Shown: one piece after another, positions 1 through 7,291 of the stretch | How the letters are laid out: every line of letters begins with the position of its first letter | How positions within the stretch are numbered: position 1 is the stretch's first letter | Source: Verrucomicrobiales bacterium | Lineage (GTDB): Bacteria; Verrucomicrobiota; Verrucomicrobiia; Verrucomicrobiales; V1-33 | DNA length: 12,554 bases | Reading direction: 5' to 3' | Assembly (NCBI GenBank): GCA_031411295.1 | Contig: JANOAV010000058.1 | Location: forward strand, 1 to 12,554 | Made by a program: the position numbers and the translations under genes | Notes under the pieces: generated by a model | Seen by the model: the letters and a program-made list of their open reading frames with translations, nothing else | What the model was told of the DNA's origin: nothing | The model's database searches: none

Positions 1-21
1 GCGATTCTTTTGGCCCTCTGA

Positions 22-78
22 CCGGGGGTATCGCTATCGCTCAACCCCCGGCTAATTTCTGTCAAGCCTCCGGCTTGA
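22..78. repeat. Double-hairpin extragenic palindromic element (REP/MITE-like arm, probably truncated by the window start)
   Basis: Perfect 8-bp inverted repeat CCGGGGGT (22-29) / ACCCCCGG (44-51) around loop ATCGCTATCGCTCA, then spacer CTAATTTCTG, then 7-bp stem TCAAGCC (62-68) / GGCTTGA (72-78) with loop TCC. Non-coding, downstream of aroB. Confidence 0.65.
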
Positions 79-123
79 ACCTGATAAGATCTCATCTTGA
101 ACGCAACTTAGAATTACAGCCAC

Positions 124-225
124 CGTAGCGTGACATTCGAATGTCGCGATGGTAGGATGCCCGACTGCTGTTGAGCGTCTTGCTGTCGTGGCGTGTTCCT
201 CTCGGCATTCGAATGCCGAGCTACG
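124..225. repeat. REPIN-like inverted doublet of GTAG-type REP sequences
   Basis: Left unit: C-GTAG (124-128) + 20-nt palindrome CGTGACATTCGAATGTCGCG (129-148, one T/G mismatch). Right unit (minus strand): perfect 20-nt palindrome CTCGGCATTCGAATGCCGAG (201-220) + CTAC-G (221-225 = reverse complement of C-GTAG). Both share the core CATTCGAATG; spacer is 52 nt. Confidence 0.8.
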
Positions 226-238
226 TGCCTTAGAGTCC

Positions 239-1318
239 CTAGGCGCGCAGAGCCTCCGTGGCCTCACGGATTTCCTCCAACGTCACTTCACTGCTGACGA
301 AGGCATCGCCCACCGCACGCAGGAGCACGAAGCGAATGGCTCCTTGGGAGAACTTTTTATCGCGCGACATTTTCTCCAAGACGTTTTCGGTGGAAATGTT
401 ATCCGGCAGACGATGGGGCAGTCCGAAGGCCTCATTGAGGGCCTGCACTTGCGCTGCGCCTTCAGTGGTCAGACTGGATTTCCTAACCGAGAGCGCCAGA
501 GCGGCTTTCATCCCCAGGCCAATCGCTTCGCCATGGAGCAGCTCGCCATAGCCAGCACAAGCTTCGATGGCATGGCCGATGGTGTGGCCGAAATTTAGCA
601 GAGCGCGCAAGCCTTTGGTTTCAAATTCATCCGCTTCCACAATGCGGGCTTTGATGGCCACATTCCGGGCGATGAGTTCGACCATGTCGCCCGTGCCTGC
701 CGCCACGGCTTTGATGAGCCCCAACATGGCGGCATCACGGATGGCGGCGTGTTTGATGATTTCTGCAAAGCCCTCGTTCCAAGCCCGCTTGGGCAAGGAA
801 TCCAGCGTGCTGACATCCGCCAGCACAAGTCGTGGTTGGTGGAAGGCTCCGATCAGATTTTTCCCCTCCGGTGAATTGATCCCAGTCTTTCCTCCCACCG
901 AGCTATCCACTTGGGAGAGCACCGTGGTAGGCACTTGAATGTAGGGAATCCCCCGAAAATGAATGGCCGCCGCAAAGCCCGCAAGATCCCCCACCACCCC
1001 GCCACCCAAGGCCACGAGGAAGGCTTTGCGGTCCAGTCCGGAGCGAATCATTTCACGCACGATCTGCTCCACGCAGGCGAAACTCTTGGACGGTTCCCCG
1101 GCCGGCACGGTTATCAGCACGGGCTGGAACCCTTGCTGCTGCAAGCTCGCCACCGCTTGCTCAGCATAGAGCGGCCCCACATTGGAGTCGGTCACCACCG
1201 CGCATGCCTTGCCCTGCGGAAAGAGCGTCCGGGCCTCGGTTCCAAGCTGCTCCAGCAATCCATGCCCGATTTTAACATCGTAAGGAGCCGCCTCCAGCGC
1301 GACGTGAACGGTCTTCAT
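239..1318 (-). CDS. aroB: 3-dehydroquinate synthase
   Basis: 359 aa. Motifs [65 protein letters not shown]. Start overlaps the pyrG stop (ATGA at 1315-1318, minus strand). Confidence 0.97.
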   Translation of the reverse strand: MKTVHVALEAAPYDVKIGHGLLEQLGTEARTLFPQGKACAVVTDSNVGPLYAEQAVASLQQQGFQPVLITVPAGEPSKSFACVEQIVREMIRSGLDRKAFLVALGGGVVGDLAGFAAAIHFRGIPYIQVPTTVLSQVDSSVGGKTGINSPEGKNLIGAFHQPRLVLADVSTLDSLPKRAWNEGFAEIIKHAAIRDAAMLGLIKAVAAGTGDMVELIARNVAIKARIVEADEFETKGLRALLNFGHTIGHAIEACAGYGELLHGEAIGLGMKAALALSVRKSSLTTEGAAQVQALNEAFGLPHRLPDNISTENVLEKMSRDKKFSQGAIRFVLLRAVGDAFVSSEVTLEEIREATEALRA

Positions 1319-2937
1319 GAGGCGGACGATTTCGAGACTTTGGGAATTTTAAGAGCCGCCGCAATGAAGCCGCCGAACAACGGATGTGGGGCGTTGGGCT
1401 TACTGAGGAATTCCGGGTGGAATTGACTGGCAATAAAGAATGGATGGTCTTTAACTTCAACAATTTCCACCAATTCCCCATCCGGACTGGTCCCGGAGAC
1501 AGTGAGCCCGGCCGCTTCCAACTGCGCACGGTAGGCATTGTTAAATTCAAAGCGATGGCGGTGGCGCTCGTCCACTTCCAACTTGCCATATAGCCGGTGC
1601 GCCAGACTGCCGGGAAGCAGCTTGGCATTCCATGTTCCCAGGCGCATGGACGCACCTTTGTCGGTTACATCCTTTTGCTCCTCCAGTAAATGAATCACTG
1701 GATGCGGCCCGTCCGGGGCAAATTCGGTGCTGTTGGCACCAGCCAGTCCACAGGCATTGCGGGCGAAGTCGATCGTGGCAATTTGCATCCCCAAACAGAG
1801 CCCCAGATAGGGAATGCCTTTTTCCCGGGCATATTTACTTGCGGCAATTTTGCCCTCCGTGCCCCGCTCACCAAAGCCACCCGGAATGAGAATTCCCTGA
1901 CAACCATCCAACGCCTTCAATCCATCCGCGTGCTCCAAGTCTTCTGCATCCACGCGCACCACCCGCACGGCACAATCATTGGCCGCCCCAGCATGCGTCA
2001 GCGCTTCATAGACACTCTTGTAGGCATCCATCAGCTCGATGTATTTACCCACTACTGCGATCCGGACTTTGTGGGTCGGATTGACGATCCGATCCACGAA
2101 ATTCTGCCAACTCGATAGATCTGGCGTCTTGGCAGGCAGTCGCAGATACTCGCAGACGAGGTCATCCAGGTGCTCGCCATGCATCATCAGCGGCAGTTCG
2201 TAAATACTATGCTTCACATCGGCAGCTTCCATCACGGCCCGGGGTTCGATGTTACAGAAGAGCGCGATTTTTTCCCGCACGTCCTTTTCCAGCGGCTTCT
2301 CCGTCCGACACACCAGAATGTGCGGCTGAATCCCAATCTCCCGCATCTTGGCAACCGACTGTTGCGTGGGCTTGGTTTTCAGCTCCTCCGCCGCCTTGAT
2401 ATACGGCACCAGCGTGACGTGAACGAAGAGGATATTATCCCGTCCCACCTCATGGGAAAATTGCCGCATGGCTTCCAGAAAAGGCAGCCCTTCGATATCG
2501 CCCACCGTGCCGCCGATTTCGGTTATGATCACATCCAGATTAGGCTGCTTGGCCACGTCCCGGATCCGTTGTTTGATGATCTCCGTCACGTGGGGAATCA
2601 CCTGCACGGTCTCGCCCAGATAGACACCCGCGCGTTCATTGGCCAGCACCTTTTCGTAAACCTGGCCGGACGTCAGGTTGTTCATGCGCGTGAGATTTCC
2701 GCTCGTGAAACGTTCATAGTGGCCCAGATCCAGATCGGTTTCCGCTCCGTCATTCAAGACATAAACTTCGCCATGCTGAAACGGGCTCATCGTGCCCGGA
2801 TCCACATTCAGATACGGATCGAATTTCTGCATGACAACCTTCAAGCCACGACGCTCCAACAACGTGCCCAATGAGGCTGCTGTAAGACCTTTTCCGAGTG
2901 AACTAACGACTCCTCCAGTGAAGAAAATATACTTCAT
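1315..2937 (-). CDS. pyrG: CTP synthase
   Basis: 540 aa. Synthase domain [58 protein letters not shown]; glutaminase domain PGGFG, GLCLGMQ (catalytic Cys), [14 protein letters not shown]. Confidence 0.98.
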   Translation of the reverse strand: MKYIFFTGGVVSSLGKGLTAASLGTLLERRGLKVVMQKFDPYLNVDPGTMSPFQHGEVYVLNDGAETDLDLGHYERFTSGNLTRMNNLTSGQVYEKVLANERAGVYLGETVQVIPHVTEIIKQRIRDVAKQPNLDVIITEIGGTVGDIEGLPFLEAMRQFSHEVGRDNILFVHVTLVPYIKAAEELKTKPTQQSVAKMREIGIQPHILVCRTEKPLEKDVREKIALFCNIEPRAVMEAADVKHSIYELPLMMHGEHLDDLVCEYLRLPAKTPDLSSWQNFVDRIVNPTHKVRIAVVGKYIELMDAYKSVYEALTHAGAANDCAVRVVRVDAEDLEHADGLKALDGCQGILIPGGFGERGTEGKIAASKYAREKGIPYLGLCLGMQIATIDFARNACGLAGANSTEFAPDGPHPVIHLLEEQKDVTDKGASMRLGTWNAKLLPGSLAHRLYGKLEVDERHRHRFEFNNAYRAQLEAAGLTVSGTSPDGELVEIVEVKDHPFFIASQFHPEFLSKPNAPHPLFGGFIAAALKIPKVSKSSAS

Positions 2938-2945
2938 AAGCCGTC

Positions 2946-2973
2946 ATCGTGGCGGGTCAGAATAAAAAAGCAA
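2946..2973 (-). promoter_or_regulatory. Candidate sigma70-type promoter for pyrG
   Basis: Minus strand: TTGCTT (2973-2968), 16-nt spacer, CACGAT (2951-2946), 8 nt, then ATG (2937). No SD motif present. Confidence 0.35.
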
Positions 2974-3074
2974 GTGGAAGCGATGAAAGCGCGTGATTGC
3001 GATCAGAAAATCCACCAGAGGCCTACTTTTGCGAAGCCCCAACGCGGCAAAATAATCTTCTCCCGTAGCAACCC

Positions 3075-3108
3075 GTCCATATTGTCCTATCCGTCCTTGC
3101 ATGTCCTG
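3075..3108. repeat. Degenerate ~9-bp period tandem repeat (GTCC-N5)
   Basis: GTCC at 3075, 3084, 3093 and 3103 (spacing 9, 9, 10): gtccatatt gtcctatcc gtccttgcat gtcctg. Confidence 0.5.
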
Positions 3109-3202
3109 ACGAAACCAGCAAAGATCCCTCACCCAAGAAAACGCTACACGTAGCCACCTGCGGCTCCTCAAGCCACCCATGCCACCCCCCAAAGTTCTCA
3201 CG

Positions 3203-3231
3203 TTGCATTCGCCCGCTAAACCAACCATCTT
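3203..3231 (+). promoter_or_regulatory. Candidate sigma70-type promoter giving a leaderless transcript for the 3237 CDS
   Basis: TTGCAT (3203-3208), 17-nt spacer, CATCTT (3226-3231), 5 nt, ATG (3237). The expected TSS falls at or next to the ATG; no SD motif. Confidence 0.4.
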
Positions 3232-3236
3232 GCCCA

Positions 3237-4367
3237 ATGAGCGAAACGTCCATTTCACCAACCGAACCGCCGCAACTTCATGGTGCGGTAGTGTATTTTT
3301 ATGCCTGTGATATCGCTTACGACATGCAGCAGACCGCCGTGACCTCCCTGTTGGGTCAGCGACTGGAACCTCTGCAGATCGATCCCCGTAAGCGCAGCCC
3401 GCGGGGCCAGAATTTCTTTCGTCCGCTCATGGCCATCCTGCCAACGCTGGAGTGCACCGTGCAGGGCCGCCCAGTGCGTTTCGAGGTGGCAGTGAAGTTA
3501 CTGCCCATCGGGGCCTTGAGCTTCACGCTGCGCACAGAATTCCAGACGGACGAGTTCTCGCAGCTGGGGCAATGGCATGACCTTCGCTTTGACGATGACC
3601 AGACACTGGTCGGGTGGGTCAAACAACTGGCGGAGCGGGCCCGCAGGGAATTGCTGCCGTTTGCGATTCGGCCGCATGAGCGCCTGCCGGAAGGGGAATT
3701 CTACACCGTCTTCTGCTTGGAGTCGGACTCTCTGGGAGCCAAGTCGTTGGCCGCAGACTGGCTGTCCCTGAACCGTCCCAAGGTGGCGGCGGTGCTGACC
3801 AATGAACGCGGGCCACATCGCCTTGCGGCACAGGAAATCGAAAGCTCGACCAGTCATGCGCTGAGTTATTATGAGCACGATTTAGTGGTGGTGGATTGGG
3901 ATTGCGCGCTGGTGATAGACCATCCCGCCGATTTCCCCGAGACGCTCTACGTCCTGGAGTTGGCGAACGTTCAATTAGAGGAACTGGAGGCCTATGATGT
4001 GGCGATTGATGAATCTTTGGAGCGGGCTTACCGGGATCTCTCGGGGAAACGTCGCGCCCGAAAATCCAGCGTGCTTCACGAACTGAAGGAACTGCGGATG
4101 GACTTGGCACGCTTCAGTGACGGGCTGCAAAACATCACCAAATTCTTTGGTGAATGGCATCTGGCCCGCGTCTATGAACATACTGCTCGCGTGTTCCATC
4201 TGGCCGACTGGCACCGTGCCATTGATGAGAAACTCAAAACTCTGGACAGCCTCTACGAAATGCTGAAGCAGGATCAGAACCACCGCGTCATGCTTTGGAT
4301 GGAAGCCGCCATTGTCCTGATGTTTATCCTGGATTTGGTGATGATTTTCTGGGGCCTGGGGAAGTAG
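3237..4367 (+). CDS. Conserved hypothetical protein, RMD1/DUF155-like, with C-terminal transmembrane helix
   Basis: 376 aa with host-like GC. The helical C-terminal half (ANVQLEELEAYD...LARVYEHTARVFHLADWHRAIDEKLKTLDSLYEML) and terminal RVMLWMEAAIVLMFILDLVMIFW resemble the DUF155/RMD1 ending (R..LEW.IV.LI..EI). Family assignment is by recognition, not search. Confidence 0.7.
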   Translation: MSETSISPTEPPQLHGAVVYFYACDIAYDMQQTAVTSLLGQRLEPLQIDPRKRSPRGQNFFRPLMAILPTLECTVQGRPVRFEVAVKLLPIGALSFTLRTEFQTDEFSQLGQWHDLRFDDDQTLVGWVKQLAERARRELLPFAIRPHERLPEGEFYTVFCLESDSLGAKSLAADWLSLNRPKVAAVLTNERGPHRLAAQEIESSTSHALSYYEHDLVVVDWDCALVIDHPADFPETLYVLELANVQLEELEAYDVAIDESLERAYRDLSGKRRARKSSVLHELKELRMDLARFSDGLQNITKFFGEWHLARVYEHTARVFHLADWHRAIDEKLKTLDSLYEMLKQDQNHRVMLWMEAAIVLMFILDLVMIFWGLGK

Positions 4368-4396
4368 GTGGCACTTGGTGGCAGCAGCATTGGGAT

Positions 4397-4493
4397 GGAG
4401 CGCGCGGGTCTAGTTGCGCGGCAGGATCATCCTTTAAAAGTGCGCCGTGCATTTACTAGCATTATCGTGCGGAATTGAGTTCCGCAGCGCTCT
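4397..4493. repeat. Degenerate REPIN-like doublet (GGAG/GAG feet)
   Basis: GGAG (4397-4400) + imperfect 20-nt hairpin CGCGCGG-GTCTAG-TTGCGCG (4401-4420). Second hairpin TGCGGAA (4468-4474) / TTCCGCA (4480-4486). Outer inverted repeat GAGCGC (4398-4403) / GCGCTC (4487-4492). Confidence 0.4.
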
Positions 4494-4544
4494 TTCTGGG
4501 CAAGTCTCCGCCACACCCAATCCACCTTGTCCAAATATTTCCGC

Positions 4545-4572
4545 TTGATCCCCTGCCCTGCCCCATCATGCT
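4545..4572 (+). promoter_or_regulatory. Candidate promoter for purH-pdxJ-acpS
   Basis: TTGATC (4545-4550), 16-nt spacer, CATGCT (4567-4572), 19 nt upstream of ATG 4592. Confidence 0.3.
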
Positions 4573-4591
4573 CGTGGTCCTTACCTCATTC

Positions 4592-6136
4592 ATGAAGATC
4601 CAACGCGCACTAATCTCTGTTTCCGATAAATCCGGCCTCGAAGCTTTCGTCCGGGGCTTGCACGCTTTTGGCGTCGAACTCCTGAGCACGGGCGGCACCG
4701 CCAAAGCCATTGCCAGTTATGGCCTCCCTGTCATCGAGGTCTCCGACTACACCGGGGCTCCAGAATGTTTCGACGGGCGCCTCAAGACCCTACATCCGAA
4801 GGTCCACGGTGGACTGCTTTACGTCCGGGGCGACAAGGAACATGAGGCGCAAGCCGCGCAGCATAAGATTCCAGCCATTGACCTTCTGGTCGTAAACCTC
4901 TACCCATTTGAACAAACCATCGCCAAGCCGGACGTCACGCTGGAGGAAGCGATCGAGAATATTGACATCGGTGGTCCCGCCATGCTGCGCAGTGCCGCCA
5001 AAAACCACTCCGCCGTGACGGTGATAACTGATCCGGCCGACTACGCCAAAGTGCTGGAAGAAATGACAGACAATAAAGGCGAAACGAGCCTCAAGACGCG
5101 CGAGCGTCTGGCCATCAAAGTCTTCCAGCGCACCTCTGAATATGATCGCGCCATCTACACGTTCCTGAATCGGGAGCAGATGACGGACAGCAGCTTCTCA
5201 TTAAATTTACCCATCAGCTCCGAGCTGCGTTATGGCGACAATCCGCACCAAGCCGCGCGTCTCTACGGAAATTTCTCCGAGTTGTTCACCCAACTCCACG
5301 GCAAGGAACTCAGCTACACCAACGTCCTCGATATTGAAGCCGCCACGGAGTTAGTGTTGGAATTCAAGCGCCCCACCGTTGCCATCCTGAAGCACACGAA
5401 CCCCTGCGGTGTCGGTTGTGATGACAACGACCTCCGGGCCGCTTGGGAAAAGGCCTTCGAGACGGATCGGCAGGCTCCTTTCGGTGGTGTCATCGTGACC
5501 AATCGCGAACTCCCGGAAAATCTCGCTCGTGTCATCAGCGAAATTTTCACCGATGTCATCATCGCCCCCAGCTTCAGTGCCGAAGCCCGCGCCATCCTGC
5601 AACGGAAGAAGAACCTGCGCCTGATTCAATTCAATGCCGAGGCCTTCACCAAAACCCAGGAAAACAATCCCGTGATCCGCAGCGCCCCGGGCGGCATCAT
5701 GGTGATGGATCGCGATTTCAAGACCCGCGGCCTCACGAACTTGGAAGAAAAAGTGGTGACCGTGCGTCAGCCTAGCAAAGAAGAGATCGAAGCCATGCGC
5801 TTCGGCTGGCGCATTGTGAAGCACGTGAAATCCAACGCCATCGTCTTCGCCTCACATGATCGCACCCTGGGCATCGGTGCCGGGCAAATGTCCCGTGTGG
5901 ACGCCTGCCGGCTCGCCATCTGGAAGGCGCGCGAAGCTGGACTCAGCCTGGAAGGCTGCATCGTGGCCAGCGATGCCATGTTCCCCTTCCCGGACGGTCT
6001 CATTGCCGCGCACTCCGCCGGGGCTATTGCCGCCATCCAACCCGGTGGTAGTATCAAGGATGCCGAGGTCATCGCTGCCGCCAACGAACGGCAGATGGCC
6101 ATGGTCTTCACGCAGTTCCGTCATTTCCTCCATTAA
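4592..6136 (+). CDS. purH: Bifunctional AICAR transformylase / IMP cyclohydrolase
   Basis: 514 aa from ATG 4592 (MKIQRALISVSDK is the canonical PurH N-terminus; the ORF-track start at 4475 adds 39 non-homologous residues). Motifs STGGT, GRLKTLHPKVHGGLL, VVNLYPF, IENIDIGGP, KHTNPCG, KHVKSNAI, GAGQMSRVD, QPGGS..D, RHF.H. Confidence 0.97.
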   Translation: MKIQRALISVSDKSGLEAFVRGLHAFGVELLSTGGTAKAIASYGLPVIEVSDYTGAPECFDGRLKTLHPKVHGGLLYVRGDKEHEAQAAQHKIPAIDLLVVNLYPFEQTIAKPDVTLEEAIENIDIGGPAMLRSAAKNHSAVTVITDPADYAKVLEEMTDNKGETSLKTRERLAIKVFQRTSEYDRAIYTFLNREQMTDSSFSLNLPISSELRYGDNPHQAARLYGNFSELFTQLHGKELSYTNVLDIEAATELVLEFKRPTVAILKHTNPCGVGCDDNDLRAAWEKAFETDRQAPFGGVIVTNRELPENLARVISEIFTDVIIAPSFSAEARAILQRKKNLRLIQFNAEAFTKTQENNPVIRSAPGGIMVMDRDFKTRGLTNLEEKVVTVRQPSKEEIEAMRFGWRIVKHVKSNAIVFASHDRTLGIGAGQMSRVDACRLAIWKAREAGLSLEGCIVASDAMFPFPDGLIAAHSAGAIAAIQPGGSIKDAEVIAAANERQMAMVFTQFRHFLH

Positions 6137-6148
6137 ACTATCCTAACC

Positions 6149-6889
6149 ATGAAATTAGGAGTCAACATCGACCACGTGGCCACGCTGCGTCAGGCCCGCT
6201 ATGCGCGGATGCCGCAGGCCCACAACGTGGAGCCCTCCGTGCTGCAGGCAGCCTTGGAGGCGGAACGCGCCGGGGCGCATTCCATTACCGCTCACCTGCG
6301 GGAGGATCGTCGGCACATTCAAGATGCGGACATTTACCTGCTGCGGGAGCAGATCACCACGCTGCTGAATCTGGAAATGGGCAACGCCCCGGAGATCGTG
6401 GCCATCGCAGAGAAAGTGCAGCCCGCCTTCGCTTGTCTGGTTCCAGAGAAACGCGAGGAAATCACCACCGAAGGCGGCCTGGACGTGATCCATCACGCCA
6501 CCGCGCTGGCCGATACCACGAAGCGACTCCACGCCGTGGGCACGAAAGTTAGTTTCTTCATCGACCCCGATCCTGACCAGATTGCCAAATCTGCCGAACT
6601 GGGCGCGGACATGGTCGAACTGCACACCGGCACCTACGCCAACGCCCTGGGCGCAGAGCGGGAGCACGAGCTTGCGCGCCTGGTTGCAGGCGGGAAGCAA
6701 GCCCATGCGCTGGGCCTGCAAGTGAACGCCGGCCATGGTATCACTACGGAGAACCTGCGGGCACTCTTTGCCATTCCTCATCTGGCAGAGCTAAACATCG
6801 GCCACAGCATCATCGCCCGCAGCATCTCCGTGGGCCTAACCACGGCTGTTAAGGAAATGCTGGCCGTGATGTCAGAGTATCGCGGATGA
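6149..6889 (+). CDS. pdxJ: Pyridoxine 5'-phosphate synthase
   Basis: 246 aa. Motifs LGVNIDHVATLRQAR, ITAHLREDRRHIQD, LNLEM, LVPEKREEITTEGGLDV, ELHTG, NAGHG, ELNIGHSI. Starts 12 nt after the purH stop. Confidence 0.97.
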   Translation: MKLGVNIDHVATLRQARYARMPQAHNVEPSVLQAALEAERAGAHSITAHLREDRRHIQDADIYLLREQITTLLNLEMGNAPEIVAIAEKVQPAFACLVPEKREEITTEGGLDVIHHATALADTTKRLHAVGTKVSFFIDPDPDQIAKSAELGADMVELHTGTYANALGAEREHELARLVAGGKQAHALGLQVNAGHGITTENLRALFAIPHLAELNIGHSIIARSISVGLTTAVKEMLAVMSEYRG

Positions 6890-7260
6890 AAATCTACGGC
6901 ATCGGCATCGATCTGGTGGAAACCGAACGCATCGCCCGCGCCATGGCGAAACCCGGTTTCAAGGAACGTTGCTTTACCGCCGATGAGATCGCCTACTGTG
7001 GCGACCACGCCAACTCCGGCCCCTCCTACGCCGCCCGCTGGGCCGCCAAGGAAGCCGTAGCCAAAGCCTTCGGCACCGGCATCGGAGCCGAAATGAGCCT
7101 GGTGGAAATAGAAGTCTGCAAACACCCCACCGGCCAGCCCTACATCAAACTAACCGGCAATGCGCTGGCGTATGCAGACAAGCATGGAGTCACCGAGGTG
7201 AAGCTAAGCCTGACGCATACGAAGGATCATGCGGCGGCATATTGCATCATCGTTGCCTAA
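6886..7260 (+). CDS. acpS: Holo-[acyl-carrier-protein] synthase
   Basis: 124 aa. Motifs GIGIDLVE, FT..E, AARWAAKEAVAKAFGTGI, G.P, SLTH. ATGA overlap with pdxJ; pdxJ-acpS is a widely conserved pair. Confidence 0.96.
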   Translation: MKIYGIGIDLVETERIARAMAKPGFKERCFTADEIAYCGDHANSGPSYAARWAAKEAVAKAFGTGIGAEMSLVEIEVCKHPTGQPYIKLTGNALAYADKHGVTEVKLSLTHTKDHAAAYCIIVA

Positions 7261-7272
7261 CACCTAATTTAC

Positions 7273-7291
7273 TGAACCCCTTGCGGGCTCA
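7273..7291 (-). terminator. Weak hairpin between the convergent acpS and 7289 CDS
   Basis: Minus strand TGAGCCC-GCAAG-GGGTTCA: 7-bp stem with one G-U pair, overlapping the TGA stop. No U-tract on either side. Confidence 0.3.

Noticed and set aside
59..225. CRISPR-like mini-array
   Set aside because: Repeats are inverted or only two divergent copies, there are no regular spacers and no cas genes.
149..2874. Long plus-strand ORFs opposite aroB/pyrG (149-598, 911-1426, 1690-2118, 2170-2874), and similar antisense ORFs over purH, pdxJ and the DUF1553 gene
   Set aside because: Shadow ORFs expected on the antisense strand of GC-rich genes; no recognisable motifs.
2938..3000. pyrG attenuator (reiterative-transcription GGGC leader)
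   Set aside because: No leader terminator hairpin with U-tract, and the candidate promoter leaves only a few nt of leader.
2944..3261. Minus-strand ORFs 2944-3261 and 3023-3253 upstream of pyrG
   Set aside because: They span repeats and both candidate promoters, overlap the start of the 3237 CDS, and have no protein-like features.
4368..4591. ZMP/ZTP (pfl) or purine riboswitch upstream of purH (CTGGGCA at 4496-4502 resembles the pfl 3' end)
   Set aside because: The 5' GACUGGCG segment and the GCC..CGCC preceding UGGGC are absent, there is no purine-riboswitch core, and the likely promoter lies downstream of this stretch.
4475..4591. 39-aa N-terminal extension of PurH from the ORF track
   Set aside because: TTG start inside a hairpin, Pro-rich non-homologous sequence; the canonical N-terminus begins at ATG 4592.
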